Below, piece after piece: positions 10,451-21,041 of a stretch of 64,000 nt of DNA; within the stretch, counting starts at the first letter, position 1, and the number at the start of each line of letters is the position of its first letter. Where the stretch lies: contig QBUV01000091.1 in assembly GCA_013572355.1 (NCBI GenBank), positions 950-64,949 of the forward strand, read 5' to 3'. The notes under the pieces are model-generated. The model was not told the DNA's origin. It made no database searches and worked only from the letters and a program-made list of their open reading frames with translations. This DNA comes from Candidatus Methanogaster sp. GTDB lineage: Archaea > Halobacteriota > Methanosarcinia > Methanosarcinales > Methanogasteraceae. The translations under genes and the position numbers were made by a program.

Positions 10451-11602
10451 TCACATGTTGTGCATCCGGTCGACCGCCTCTTTTATCCGATCGGTGGAGC
10501 TCGTCAGCGAGAACCTGACATAACCTTCGCCATACTCCCCGAATCCGACTCCCGGCGTTGCCACGATCCCGATCTTTTCAAGAAGCATCGCAGAGAATGA
10601 GAGCGATGTGTAGCCATCAGGCACTGGCGTCCAGATATAGAACGTCGCCTCTGGCGGTGTGGCATCGATTCCAAGCGTACGTAATCCTGCAATCATCAGG
10701 TCTCTTCGTTCCGTGTATATCTTGCGCATATCGCTGATACAATCCTGTGGACCTGTCAGTGCAGTGATTGCCGCCTCCTGAACCGGCTCAAATACCCCTG
10801 AATCGATGTTCGTCTTGACCTTGCCAAGCCCTGAGATGATCTCCGCATTCCCGCAAGCTATACCGATGCGCCAGCCGGTCATGTTGTAGGTCTTTGATAG
10901 CGAGTGCATCTCGATCCCGACATCCATCGCTCCCGGCGCTGATAAGAGACTCGGGGCACGGTACTTGCCGAATGTGATCTCAGAATATGGATTGTCGTGC
11001 ACAACGATTATGTCGTGCTCGCTTGCGAAATCGACCACCTCCTTAAAAAATGAGAGATCAGCGACTGCCGCAGTCGGGTTGTTCGGGTAATTGAGAAAGA
11101 TCATTCTGGCTTTATCTGCGACGTCAGGTGGTATTGCGTCCAGATCCGGCAGGAAACCGGCTTCTGCGAGAAGCGGCATAGTGTAGGGCACGCCGCCTGC
11201 AAAGAGCGTCCCGATCTTGTAGACCGGGTATGCCGGGTCTGGCACAAGCACGACGTCGCCTGGGTTTACGAACGCAAGCGGGATGTGCGCAAGCCCTTCC
11301 TTCGATCCGATGAGCGCAAGTACCTCGCTTCCCGGGTCAAGCGTGATATTAAACGTCTTTTTGTACCATTCGGCTGCTGCCTCACGAAAGGTTAGCATTC
11401 CTGTGTACGAGGGATACTGGTGCCGCCTCGGATCGTGCGCGGACGCACATAGCGCATCGATGATATGGTCTGGCGGCGGCAGGTCAGGATCGCCGACGCC
11501 GAGATCGATGACATCGACCCCTTGCTTGATCGCATTTTCTTTTGCTTCATCGATCGCCGCGAAAAGATAGGGCGGAAGCGCTGTGAGTCTCTTTGCGTAC
11601 AT
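10451..11602 (-). CDS. dapL: LL-diaminopimelate aminotransferase
   Basis: [51 protein letters not shown]. Confidence 0.9.
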   Translation of the reverse strand: MYAKRLTALPPYLFAAIDEAKENAIKQGVDVIDLGVGDPDLPPPDHIIDALCASAHDPRRHQYPSYTGMLTFREAAAEWYKKTFNITLDPGSEVLALIGSKEGLAHIPLAFVNPGDVVLVPDPAYPVYKIGTLFAGGVPYTMPLLAEAGFLPDLDAIPPDVADKARMIFLNYPNNPTAAVADLSFFKEVVDFASEHDIIVVHDNPYSEITFGKYRAPSLLSAPGAMDVGIEMHSLSKTYNMTGWRIGIACGNAEIISGLGKVKTNIDSGVFEPVQEAAITALTGPQDCISDMRKIYTERRDLMIAGLRTLGIDATPPEATFYIWTPVPDGYTSLSFSAMLLEKIGIVATPGVGFGEYGEGYVRFSLTSSTDRIKEAVDRMHNM

Positions 11603-11690
11603 ACAAGAATCGAAGTCGCTGATGCCTTAATATCTTTGCGCATGGGTCTGGCAGAAGAACAGATTAACACTTTGGAGACTATAACCAACG

Positions 11691-12014
11691 ATGCAATGGT
11701 TACTTCTCGCATTAGGAATCATCATGGAGGTCTGCGGCACCACCTGTATGAAGCTCTCCGATGGCTTCTCGAACCTTGTTCCCTCTGTTCTCACCTTCGT
11801 CTTCTGGGGAATCGCATTTACCATCTTTATCTTTGCATTAAAGACCTTTGACCTCAGTTTCGCCTACGCGGTGTGGGTTGGATCAGGAATTGTGATCGTG
11901 AGCATCATCGGAATCCTGTACTTCAAAGAACCCGCAAATGCCTTGAAGATCTTTTCAATAGTCCTGATTGCGATAGGTGTTACCGGGCTCAGCCTGAGCG
12001 ATCTGATCCGCTGA
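11691..12014 (+). CDS. SMR/DMT family small multidrug transporter
   Basis: 4 TM segments, membrane Glu13, MKLSDGF, AYAVWVG. Confidence 0.9.
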   Translation: MQWLLLALGIIMEVCGTTCMKLSDGFSNLVPSVLTFVFWGIAFTIFIFALKTFDLSFAYAVWVGSGIVIVSIIGILYFKEPANALKIFSIVLIAIGVTGLSLSDLIR

Positions 12015-12064
12015 TCAAGCGTCCACGGACGGCTTACTATCCCCATCCACAGCTCCGCTGCTAT

Positions 12065-13318
12065 TTAGCAGTACCCAGAACTTCCACTGATCTCGCCGGC
12101 GATGTTCTCTGTCATCTTCGCGCAGATCTCATCGTACTCCCACCCCTGCCCGAGCGACCACATCAGTTTCACGAGTGCGACTTCGGGAAGCATGTCTTCA
12201 GCCTCGATGGCGCCTGCGTTTAACATATCCCGTCCGGTGTCATACACCCGGTCGCATATCCTCCCGTTCAGGCACTGGGACGTGATCACGACAGGGATGC
12301 CGCCTGATGCCGCGTACTCGATTAATTCGATCCAGTCGGAAGCGACATGCCCAAGCCCGGTGCCCTCGATAACGATTCCCCGGTATCCTGAAAGGCTGCA
12401 GAACCTGAGAAGTTCAGGGCTTGCTCCCGGTATATACTTGAGAAGCGCACACTTCTGCTCCATGCCGTCACGAAGTACAAGTTCCCGCTCCCCCCTCCTT
12501 ATGTAGTCGGTAAACGTCCTGATCTCGCACTCTGGGTAATCGATCCTGCCGATGGGCGACGCGTTGATCGACTGGAACGCATCCCTTCTTGAGGTGTGCA
12601 TCTTCCGAACCCGCGTTCCGCGGTGGATCTGGCAGAAGTCGTCTGACGTGCTCCCGTGCATGACCACGCAGACCTCCGCGATGTCGCTTACCGCAACCGA
12701 TGCGGCACAGATAGCATTCATCGCATTGTCACTCGACGGTCGGTCGGCGCTCCTTTGCGAACCAACAAGAACGATCGGAACCGGGGTCTCGATCATGAAT
12801 GACAGCGCTGCCGCGGTGTAGCCCATGGTGTCGGTGCCGTGCGTCACGATCACGCCGTCTGCTCCGTTCTCGATCTCTTCTGCGATGGCACGCGCAAGTT
12901 CGACCCAGTACTCGGCACGCATGTTCTCTGAGAGGATGTTGTAGACGACCCTTGAGCGGTAGTTTGCGATTCCACGCAACTCCGGTATCGCATCAAGGAC
13001 ATCCTCTGCCGTGAACTGGGCAGTGACCGCTCCTGTGCGGTAATCGACCCTGCTTGCGATGGTTCCACCAGTCGAGAGTATCGCAACGGTCGGCAGATCG
13101 TCCTTAGAAACCCATTCTTGTTTTCTTTCCCTTCCAGGTTCTCCGGATGCGGGCGCTCTCTTCTCGACCAGTTCGATCTGCGCGCCCTTGTTCACTCCGA
13201 CGTTGTAACCGTTATCCAGTTTGATCACGATCCGGCCGGTGGTGCTTGGCATCAGCACGCCTTCGTACGTCACGCAATCGGCTATAACGCGCACCCGGTC
13301 GCCCTGTTCCGGCTCCAT
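12065..13318 (-). CDS. gatD: Glu-tRNA(Gln) amidotransferase subunit D
   Basis: [55 protein letters not shown]. Confidence 0.97.
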   Translation of the reverse strand: MEPEQGDRVRVIADCVTYEGVLMPSTTGRIVIKLDNGYNVGVNKGAQIELVEKRAPASGEPGRERKQEWVSKDDLPTVAILSTGGTIASRVDYRTGAVTAQFTAEDVLDAIPELRGIANYRSRVVYNILSENMRAEYWVELARAIAEEIENGADGVIVTHGTDTMGYTAAALSFMIETPVPIVLVGSQRSADRPSSDNAMNAICAASVAVSDIAEVCVVMHGSTSDDFCQIHRGTRVRKMHTSRRDAFQSINASPIGRIDYPECEIRTFTDYIRRGERELVLRDGMEQKCALLKYIPGASPELLRFCSLSGYRGIVIEGTGLGHVASDWIELIEYAASGGIPVVITSQCLNGRICDRVYDTGRDMLNAGAIEAEDMLPEVALVKLMWSLGQGWEYDEICAKMTENIAGEISGSSGYC

Positions 13319-13343
13319 GGCAGATCAATCTCCAATCATGCAA

Positions 13344-13616
13344 TCACTCTTCAACTGCAATCATCTCAAACTGGCTTGCAAGATTCCAGACGAGAGTGCG
13401 AGTATGCATCGGCATGTTCGGGTCATTCGTGATCTTATTTAGAATATTAAGGCTGTTTGCAGCACGGAATGAGATCGATTCATTTTCATTTGATAAATTT
13501 TTCTTTATTTCGTCTGCTGCATGCCGTATATTCCGGGGCACCGATGTATCGTTCAGGATAGTATCCAGAATAATATTGCATTGTTCAACTGTTTCTTTGA
13601 CCGACATGGGCATCAT
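13344..13616 (-). CDS. UPF0147 family protein
   Basis: DTSVPRNIR...DPNMPMHTRTLVW; start uncertain (13616 or 13607). Confidence 0.9.
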   Translation of the reverse strand: MMPMSVKETVEQCNIILDTILNDTSVPRNIRHAADEIKKNLSNENESISFRAANSLNILNKITNDPNMPMHTRTLVWNLASQFEMIAVEE

Positions 13617-13686
13617 CCATATTCCAATCTGTATGTGGTATATCCACACCATATCATATTTAAAGATGGGTGATCGATAGGAGGTT

Positions 13687-14061
13687 ATGGATGAGATCGA
13701 TGCCATGTCTAGATTGCTCGAACTTGGCGGGACGATGCTTGCACAGCACTGCAGCCGCTGCGGTGCGCCGCTGTTCCGGTATCAGGGAAATGTCGGCTGC
13801 CCGATCTGCGATTTTAGAATGGTGGAGCAGGAAATGGGAGAATTGAGCGGAGCGCGAGAAGATAGGGGCGATAGGGAAGAGAAGGGCGAGCCAGGGGGCG
13901 GGATGAAGGCAGGGGCATCGCCGCTTGGAAGGATCGTCTCGGATAAGATCGCTGGGATCGCTGCTGATATGCAGGGCGAGACCGATCTGGGTCGCATTCG
14001 AGACCAGATGGATTGCATCGAGCGCGGGATCAAGATTCTCGGGATGCTTGGTCCGGATTGA
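13687..14061 (+). CDS. UPF0148 / Sjogren autoantigen-1-like Zn-ribbon protein
   Basis: GGTMLAQHCSRCGAPLF...CPIC. Confidence 0.85.
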   Translation: MDEIDAMSRLLELGGTMLAQHCSRCGAPLFRYQGNVGCPICDFRMVEQEMGELSGAREDRGDREEKGEPGGGMKAGASPLGRIVSDKIAGIAADMQGETDLGRIRDQMDCIERGIKILGMLGPD

Positions 14062-14191
14062 GTGACTGTCCGTCATAGCCGTCTGGTCGGGTCAAGGGCG
14101 CGGACGGTTTTGGATCTGTATGGGATGGTGGATTGCCAATTCCCTGATGGATCGGTCTCTGATGCGATAAAAAAGATATATGGGTGTGTAA

Positions 14192-14860
14192 ATGAAACTC
14201 ACAACAGTCTACGATAACGAGGTATATCCGGAGGCGTCTGCCACTGGACTTACGAGTGAATGGGGATTCTCCTGCCTGATAGAGTTATCCGGTGAGCGGA
14301 TACTCTTTGATACCGGCGGAGACGGATCGATTTTGCTGCACAACATGGAACGACTGGGAATTGACCCCAAAGACCCTGCAACGATCGTGCTCTCGCACGA
14401 ACACTGGGACCACACAGGCGGCTTGTCCGACCTCCTCGGGACGAACCACGATGCCGAGGTCTATCTGCTGGAGTCATTCTCGGAGTCGTTTAAGAACAAG
14501 ATCAACAATCCAGTGATAGAGGTACGCGAACCAGCAAAGATCTGCGATCGGGTGTATACTACCGGAGAACTTGGCACATCCATAAAGGAGCAATCGCTGG
14601 TGCTGGAGACGAAAAGTGGCATGGTTGTCATCACAGGATGCGCACACCCTGGAATCGAGGAGATCATGGGCGCAGCATCCGGAATCGGGGAGATATACGG
14701 AATCGCCGGAGGATTTCATGGGTTTAGCGATTATCACCTGCTAAATAGCTTAAAGTTCCTCTCTCCGTGCCACTGCACACAGCATCTAAGCGAGATCGTC
14801 TCGCGATTCCCGGACGTATACCATAAGAACGGTGTTGGTAGGGTGTTTACCTTTGAGTAA
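14192..14860 (+). CDS. MBL-fold metallo-hydrolase
   Basis: WGFSCLI, LFDTG, LSHEHWDHTGG, GCAHPG, GGFH, PCHCT. Confidence 0.9.
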   Translation: MKLTTVYDNEVYPEASATGLTSEWGFSCLIELSGERILFDTGGDGSILLHNMERLGIDPKDPATIVLSHEHWDHTGGLSDLLGTNHDAEVYLLESFSESFKNKINNPVIEVREPAKICDRVYTTGELGTSIKEQSLVLETKSGMVVITGCAHPGIEEIMGAASGIGEIYGIAGGFHGFSDYHLLNSLKFLSPCHCTQHLSEIVSRFPDVYHKNGVGRVFTFE

Positions 14861-14861
14861 T

Positions 14862-15767
14862 ATGAGCCACCTATTTGGTCCCGTGCCGTCCCGCAGGCTC
14901 GGGAGGTCGCTTGGTCTGGATATCACGCCGTACAAGACCTGTACATTCGATTGCATCTACTGCCAGCTCGGAAGAACCACGAACAAGACCGTGCAGAGGC
15001 AGGAGTATATTGCGAAAGATTCGATCTTATGTGAGCTACAGGATTTCTTACTGGGGGGAGAGGTAGATACTGATTATATCACTTTTGCCGGATCAGGGGA
15101 GCCGACACTCCATTCGGGGATCGGTGAGATGATTGATGCGATCAAGACGATGACCGACATCCCTGTTGCGGTGATAACCAACGGATCGCTCTTGTTCCGG
15201 GAAGATGTGAGAGACGATCTCTCGAACGCTGATGTCGTGCTGCCGTCGCTGGATGCTGCCACCACGTCCGTGTTTCGTGCTGTGAATCAGCCGCATGAGA
15301 GTCTTTCGGTGGACCGGATCATCGAAGGACTCAAGATGTTTCGAGAGGCGTTTAGAGGAGAGTTCTGGCTCGAGATCATGTTCGTGAGGGGCGTAAACGA
15401 CGGAACTGACGAAATAACAGCGCTGTCGAATGCAGTCTCCCTGATAGCTCCTGACCGGGTTCAGTTAAATACCGTTGTGCGACCGCCATGCGAGGATGTC
15501 ATGCCTGTGGATGAGGATGAGATGGTGCGGATACTGGAGGCGTTTGGCGGGAATTTTGATGTCGAGATCATCGCGGAGAGGCGGATCGAGGTTCGTGCGG
15601 ATATCCTTCCGCTTTTGGAACGGAGACCGCTTACGCTGGATCAGATCGCTGGCTCACTTGGGATGCACCGGAACGAGGCGGCGAAGTATCTGCGGGAACT
15701 TATAGAGCAAGGCGCGGTCGTCGAGACTATGCACGGGGGCAAACGGTACTTTGGGGTGAAGATATGA
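14862..15767 (+). CDS. Radical SAM protein with C-terminal winged-helix domain
   Basis: FGPVPSRRLGRSLG, CTFDCIYC, GSGEPTL, ITNGSL; C-terminal HTH-like segment. Confidence 0.9.
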   Translation: MSHLFGPVPSRRLGRSLGLDITPYKTCTFDCIYCQLGRTTNKTVQRQEYIAKDSILCELQDFLLGGEVDTDYITFAGSGEPTLHSGIGEMIDAIKTMTDIPVAVITNGSLLFREDVRDDLSNADVVLPSLDAATTSVFRAVNQPHESLSVDRIIEGLKMFREAFRGEFWLEIMFVRGVNDGTDEITALSNAVSLIAPDRVQLNTVVRPPCEDVMPVDEDEMVRILEAFGGNFDVEIIAERRIEVRADILPLLERRPLTLDQIAGSLGMHRNEAAKYLRELIEQGAVVETMHGGKRYFGVKI

Positions 15768-16336
15768 AATGCGCTCTCTGTGACAGCAAGGACTGCCGGC
15801 AGGGCAAAAACTGCACGAAAACAGCGACAGATATCGACTATGCGCCAGCAAAGGAGACGATGCGGATCGCTTCCGAAGTTGAATCGAGGTACATGGAACT
15901 GACGCGTCTCGAAGAACTGATCCTGTTCTGCAAAAAGATGAAATTCAAGAGAGTCGGGATCGCATTCTGTATCGGGCTTTCTGCAGAAGCGAGAATCGTG
16001 CACGAGATCCTTGCGCGGGATTTTGAGGTGCATTCGGTCTGCTGCAAGGTCGGCGGGACTGACAAAGACGATCTCGGGCTTGTGAAGATCAGGGATCCGG
16101 AAGCGCATGAGACGATGTGCAATCCGCTCGGGCAGGCGGCGATTCTGAATGCGGAGGGAACCGAGTTAAATATCATAATAGGGCTCTGCATCGGGCACGA
16201 CATACTCTTTACAGAGCACTCGGATGCGCCTGTGACCACATTTGCTGTGAAGGATCGTGTGCTTGCGCACAATCCACTTGGTGCTGTGTATTCGAGGTAT
16301 TATCAGGGGAACGTGTTTGGGATGGAGTCAGGGTAA
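15764..16336 (+). CDS. DUF1847 Cys-rich metal-binding protein
   Basis: GIAFCIGL, SVCCKVG, MCNPLGQA, GLCIGHD, KDRVLAHNP; ATGA overlap with upstream gene. Confidence 0.9.
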   Translation: MKCALCDSKDCRQGKNCTKTATDIDYAPAKETMRIASEVESRYMELTRLEELILFCKKMKFKRVGIAFCIGLSAEARIVHEILARDFEVHSVCCKVGGTDKDDLGLVKIRDPEAHETMCNPLGQAAILNAEGTELNIIIGLCIGHDILFTEHSDAPVTTFAVKDRVLAHNPLGAVYSRYYQGNVFGMESG

Positions 16337-16501
16337 TATGGTCAATTTTCGTGCAGTCTTTAAATATCCTCGAGACAAATAGCCATCCATGGCAGGGGCA
16401 TTCATTTCAGAAATCGATGTCAAAAGAGTTGACACCCCCTCAAAAAGTCTCGCAGTTTTCGTCCAAAAGAGTTTACAACTCCAAGCGTCATAATTGGGAG
16501 T

Positions 16502-17770
16502 ATGTTCACCATCATCACAGGCGCTCAGTTCGGCGACGAGGGCAAGGGAAAGATCGTCGATGTCCTGGGCAAGGATTATGATCTCGTTGTCAGGTTCCAG
16601 GGCGGAAATAACGCAGGGCACACCGTGATCGTCGGAGATGACACCTACAAACTCCACCTGATCCCGTCGGGCGTTCTCACCGATGCCCGGCTCCTGATAG
16701 GTCCAGGTGTGGTTGTCGATCCGATAGTACTTATTCAGGAGATCGAGATGCTCAGAAGTGCCGGCATCGAGATAACCCCTGAGAAACTCGGGATCGATGC
16801 GAAAACAAGCATCATCATGCCGTACCACATCGAGATGGACAAACTGCGCGAGCAGAGACGGACCAAGAAGATCGGGACGACCGCTCGCGGCATCGGATTT
16901 GCATATATCGACAAGATATCAAGGGACGAGGTGCGGCTGGCAGATCTCGCCAGCAGAGATGCTTTTCTTGCACTCATGGACGAACTTGCACCCCAGAAGG
17001 AGCGTGCGATCGTCGATCTCGGAGGCGATCCCGGTGTGGTGCGCGAAAGCATCCCTGATTATGCCGGATACGGCGCCACGCTTGAGCCGTACATCACCGA
17101 TGTCTCGCATGAGCTGAACCGTGCTCTTGATTCCGGCAGGGACGTGCTTGCAGAGGGTGCGCAGGGTGCGCATCTCGATATCATCCACGGCACCCAGAAG
17201 TACGTAACCTCCTCAAGCACTGTTGCAGGAAGCGCATGCATGTATCTCGGAGTCGGACCGACCCGGGTCGATCATGTGATCGGTATCGTCAAGGCGTACA
17301 TCACACGGGTCGGGGAGGGTCCGCTGCCGACCGAAGATCATGGCGAGATCGGGGAGGCGCTCCGGACCGCCGGGGCTGAGTTTGGCACCACCACCGGCAG
17401 ACCGCGGCGGTGCGGCTGGTTCGATGCTCCGCTTGCGAGAAAAAGCGTAGAACTCAATGCGTACACGAGCATAGCACTGACAAAACTGGACGTTCTCGAC
17501 GGGCTCGACCCGATCAGCATCTGCACCGGCTATGAGCTGGATGGCAAGCTGCTTGAGCATCCTCCGATACTTTCATCCGATCTTGCGCGATGTGTTCCAG
17601 TCTATGAGACTATGGACGGCTGGTGCGAGGATATCACTTCGGCGGATGCGTTTTCAGACCTGCCTGCCGCTGCGAAGGATTATGTGCACAGGATCGAGGA
17701 GATTCTCGGAGTTGGCATCGGGATCGTCTCGATCGGTCCGAAGCGGAGTCAGGTGCTCTTTGTGGAGTGA
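16502..17770 (+). CDS. purA: Adenylosuccinate synthetase
   Basis: GAQFGDEGKGK, GGNNAGHT, TRVGEGP, GTTTGRPRRCGWFD. Confidence 0.98.
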   Translation: MFTIITGAQFGDEGKGKIVDVLGKDYDLVVRFQGGNNAGHTVIVGDDTYKLHLIPSGVLTDARLLIGPGVVVDPIVLIQEIEMLRSAGIEITPEKLGIDAKTSIIMPYHIEMDKLREQRRTKKIGTTARGIGFAYIDKISRDEVRLADLASRDAFLALMDELAPQKERAIVDLGGDPGVVRESIPDYAGYGATLEPYITDVSHELNRALDSGRDVLAEGAQGAHLDIIHGTQKYVTSSSTVAGSACMYLGVGPTRVDHVIGIVKAYITRVGEGPLPTEDHGEIGEALRTAGAEFGTTTGRPRRCGWFDAPLARKSVELNAYTSIALTKLDVLDGLDPISICTGYELDGKLLEHPPILSSDLARCVPVYETMDGWCEDITSADAFSDLPAAAKDYVHRIEEILGVGIGIVSIGPKRSQVLFVE

Positions 17771-17912
17771 TGGGGCGCGGGTACGACCCGAATTTTAGTG
17801 AAATCGCCCTTATAGTCGATGGCATCCAAATTCGCGTCATTCATGATCCCCGACCAAAAGACCCGCGGAAAAGTATTAATGCATGAGCCCAAATATGGGG
17901 CAGGTGATCTTT

Positions 17913-19043
17913 ATGGGGTATAATCCAATATCAGGCTCGGTCATATTCAACGCTCTGAAGGATGAAAAGTGCATACTAATGGCGTGCAACACCCGGATCA
18001 TTCCCGGTGTAACAACAGGTATTTTCAGATCCGCAAAGGATCTCGATTCTGCTATCTTAATCGAACTGGCAAAGTCGGAGTGCAATCTTAAAGGCGGGTA
18101 CACCGGGCTTACTCCCGCGGAACTCTCGATGCGGACTTATGCAGCCGCAGGGTCGGTTGGTCTTGATGTCTGGGCGCTACATGCGGATCACATCGGTGTC
18201 AAGAAAGGGACTGTGGAAGAACTTAATTCGGTTAAGGAGCTGATCGCAGCGCAGATCGATGCTGGTTTTACCAGTTTTGCGATCGATGCCTCGCATCTCT
18301 TCAATTTCGATGGGCGGGACACGGCAGAGGAGCTTGCACCAAACATCGATGCAACGATCGAGCTTGCGCGGTTCATCGAGTCAGAGATGGATGGGCGCGA
18401 TTTCGGGCTGGAGGTTGAGGTCGGCGAGATCGGGAGGACTGGCGAATCCGGAATGGTTCTGACGACACCAGAAGAAGCGGTGGTCTTTATCAGCTCGCTA
18501 AATGATGCCGGAATATATCCGCAGGTGCTTGCTATCGCAAACGGCAGCACGCACGGAAACATCTTTGACAAAAACGGCAACCCGATCGAACAGATCAGCA
18601 TCGACATCCTGCGGACGAAAGAGGTGGCAAAAGCACTCCGGGACAATAATTTGGATGTGCGGATCGCGCAGCACGGCATCACAGGCACGCCGCGGCGGAT
18701 GATTGCGGAGCAGTTCCCGCATGGTGATATCATCAAAGGGAACGTCGGCACCTTCTGGATGAATCTGGTCTGGGACGTCCTCAAGGAAGAGCAGCCTGAC
18801 CTGTACCAGCGGATATGGGACTGGACGCTTACGAATTATTCGGCAGAGGGGAAGAGCGATGTCGAGGTATTTGGCAAGAACGGCAAGTTTGCGATAAAAG
18901 AGTTTTTTAAGGAGCTTTATTCTCTCGGCGATGAGACTGTATCGGTAATCGAGGATCGGGCATACGAAGAGGCGGGCGAGTTTATCAGGGCGTTTAAATC
19001 CGAGGGGTCTGCCGAGATCGTGCGGGAATATATGCGAGCATGA
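17913..19043 (+). CDS. Class II fructose-bisphosphate aldolase family protein
   Basis: LHADH, IDASH, EVEVGEIG, ANGSTHG, AQHGITG, KGNVGT; GGTGA RBS. Confidence 0.88.
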   Translation: MGYNPISGSVIFNALKDEKCILMACNTRIIPGVTTGIFRSAKDLDSAILIELAKSECNLKGGYTGLTPAELSMRTYAAAGSVGLDVWALHADHIGVKKGTVEELNSVKELIAAQIDAGFTSFAIDASHLFNFDGRDTAEELAPNIDATIELARFIESEMDGRDFGLEVEVGEIGRTGESGMVLTTPEEAVVFISSLNDAGIYPQVLAIANGSTHGNIFDKNGNPIEQISIDILRTKEVAKALRDNNLDVRIAQHGITGTPRRMIAEQFPHGDIIKGNVGTFWMNLVWDVLKEEQPDLYQRIWDWTLTNYSAEGKSDVEVFGKNGKFAIKEFFKELYSLGDETVSVIEDRAYEEAGEFIRAFKSEGSAEIVREYMRA

Positions 19044-19711
19044 AATCAGTAATCCTCCTCTCCTCCGGACTCGACTCCGCAGTCGCGTTCAAGCACGCAT
19101 ACGACCGCTGCTCGGAACTTCTCGCGCTCACCTTCGATTACGGGCAGCGGGCAGCCGCGAATGAGATCAAGCACGCAATCCGGATCTGCCGCAAGTTCGA
19201 TGTGCCGCACGAGGTGATCGAACTGCCATGGATCAGGCAGTTTGGGGGTGCGCTCACCGATGCGTCCGCGCTGCCAGAGCTTGCGGAGCATGAACTGGAT
19301 GATGGCGGGGCTGCTGCGGATTCAGCGAGACGCGTCTGGGTTCCGGCAAGGAATCTTCTATTTCTATCGATTGCGGCAGGATATGCAGAGGATCGTGGCT
19401 ACGAGCTCATCACAGTTGGTTTTGATGCTGAAGAAGCAGCAACGTTTCCGGATAACTCTTCTGAATTCGTTGAACGGTTCAACAGGGTGCTCGAATACGG
19501 CACACTTAAGCCACCTACAATCGACGCGCCGCTCCTAAACCTCGATAAGGCAGAAATCGTCCGTCTCGGAGTGGCGATCGACGCGCCGCTCGGGCTGTCG
19601 TGGTCGTGCTATGAGTCAGGCGATCTGCCGTGCGGGGTCTGCGAGTCGTGTCTCAGGCGTGCGCGGGCGTTTGCCAGGGTTGGGGCGAAGGATCCGGGGT
19701 TGGGTATATAA
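19040..19711 (+). CDS. queC: 7-cyano-7-deazaguanine synthase
   Basis: SSGLDS, FDYGQR, WVPARN, FPDN, SCY...CGVCESC. Confidence 0.95.
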   Translation: MKSVILLSSGLDSAVAFKHAYDRCSELLALTFDYGQRAAANEIKHAIRICRKFDVPHEVIELPWIRQFGGALTDASALPELAEHELDDGGAAADSARRVWVPARNLLFLSIAAGYAEDRGYELITVGFDAEEAATFPDNSSEFVERFNRVLEYGTLKPPTIDAPLLNLDKAEIVRLGVAIDAPLGLSWSCYESGDLPCGVCESCLRRARAFARVGAKDPGLGI

Positions 19712-19851
19712 TCCCGCCCAAGAACGCAAAAACACCGGAGAGTCGATTTGATGCCACGATCGAGATTTGCATCGACAGAAGAGTTTTATTGCAAACTTAA
19801 ACGTCTGCTGTCTCGACAATTTAATCACAAACCCCCACAAGGACTCCCACA

Positions 19852-20742
19852 TCACTTGTAATACTTCTCTTGCACATCCTCGCCAAGCCGCCCGATCGCG
19901 TCAGCCCGACACTGCCTGCAGTGCCGCATCTGCTTGGTGATCTCGCTGCATTCATCCTGGATGGCACGCTTCTCAGAGGGCGTTGGCGGCACGATGTCTG
20001 CAAACTTGTACTGCGGGATTAGTGGCATGATGTTCTGCAGGTAAATCCCAAGTCCTCGAATCTTCTTTGCGACATCGAGGATGTGATGATCGTTGATCGT
20101 CGGTATGAGGACCGTATTCACCTTCGTGATCAGCCCCAGTTCAACGGACTTCGCAAGCCCTTCCAGTTGATTCTTAAGCATGATCTCTGCACCTTCCCTC
20201 CCGGTATACTTCTTCCCATGATAATTTACAAACGAGTATATCTTCTCGCCGATCCCGGGATCGACCGCGCTCATGGTCACGGTGATGTTCGAGACTCCGA
20301 GATCCTTCAGAAGTTCCACCTTCTCAGGAAGCAGGAGTCCGTTGGTGCTGAGACACTTGATCAGATGCGGAAAATCTTCTTTCAGGAGCTGGAGCGTTTC
20401 AAACGTTTCCTCGTTAAAAAGCGGCTCTCCGGGACCTGCAATCCCGATCACCTTGATATAAGGAAAGTCCCTGATCACGTCTCTGACACGCTCGACCGCC
20501 TCTTCCGGAGATAGGACCTGACTTGTAACGCCGGGTCTGCTCTCATTCACGCAGTCAAACTCCCTGATACAGTAGTTACACTGGATGTTACACTTCGGCG
20601 CGACAGCGAGATGCATCCGCCCGAACGCGTGACACGCGCCCGCGTTGAAACAAGGATGCTCCTGGATCTGCCTTAACTGGGACGGATCCCATGGCACATC
20701 CCTGCCGTCGATCTTTGCTACACGGTACTCTTCTGAGGTCAT
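19852..20742 (-). CDS. nifB: NifB-type radical SAM protein (SAM domain only)
   Basis: HPC, MHLAVAPKCNIQCNYC, ESRPG, IAGPGEP, HCRQCRADA. Confidence 0.9.
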   Translation of the reverse strand: MTSEEYRVAKIDGRDVPWDPSQLRQIQEHPCFNAGACHAFGRMHLAVAPKCNIQCNYCIREFDCVNESRPGVTSQVLSPEEAVERVRDVIRDFPYIKVIGIAGPGEPLFNEETFETLQLLKEDFPHLIKCLSTNGLLLPEKVELLKDLGVSNITVTMSAVDPGIGEKIYSFVNYHGKKYTGREGAEIMLKNQLEGLAKSVELGLITKVNTVLIPTINDHHILDVAKKIRGLGIYLQNIMPLIPQYKFADIVPPTPSEKRAIQDECSEITKQMRHCRQCRADAIGRLGEDVQEKYYK

Positions 20743-20969
20743 GCTGACTCAACGCATTTAACTTCAGGAACTTCCTTCATGAGCAGCCGCTCGACACCGA
20801 GTTTCAGTGTTTGCTGCGACATGGCGCAGCCAGCACATGCGCCAACAAGCCGCACCTTCACTGTGCCATCGTCCTCGACGTCGATCAGTTCGATATCGCC
20901 GCCGTCTGCCTGCAACATCGGTCTGATCTTCTCGATTACCGGTTCAACTTTCTCTTTTATATCAGTCAA
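20739..20969 (-). CDS. Nfu/NifU C-terminal-type Fe-S carrier
   Basis: IRPMLQADGGD...GACAGC; GGAGGT RBS 7 nt before TTG; ATGA overlap with nifB. Confidence 0.9.
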   Translation of the reverse strand: MTDIKEKVEPVIEKIRPMLQADGGDIELIDVEDDGTVKVRLVGACAGCAMSQQTLKLGVERLLMKEVPEVKCVESA

Positions 20970-21041
20970 TCTTCTTACCTCCTTTTCATTCTGTTCCATT
21001 TTCATTCCGTCTCGGAGTAATTTCTGCATACGTTTGTAAAC

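Noticed and set aside
19852..20742. Evidence of nitrogen fixation
   Set aside because: nifB alone is insufficient, and no nifHDK is present in the window.
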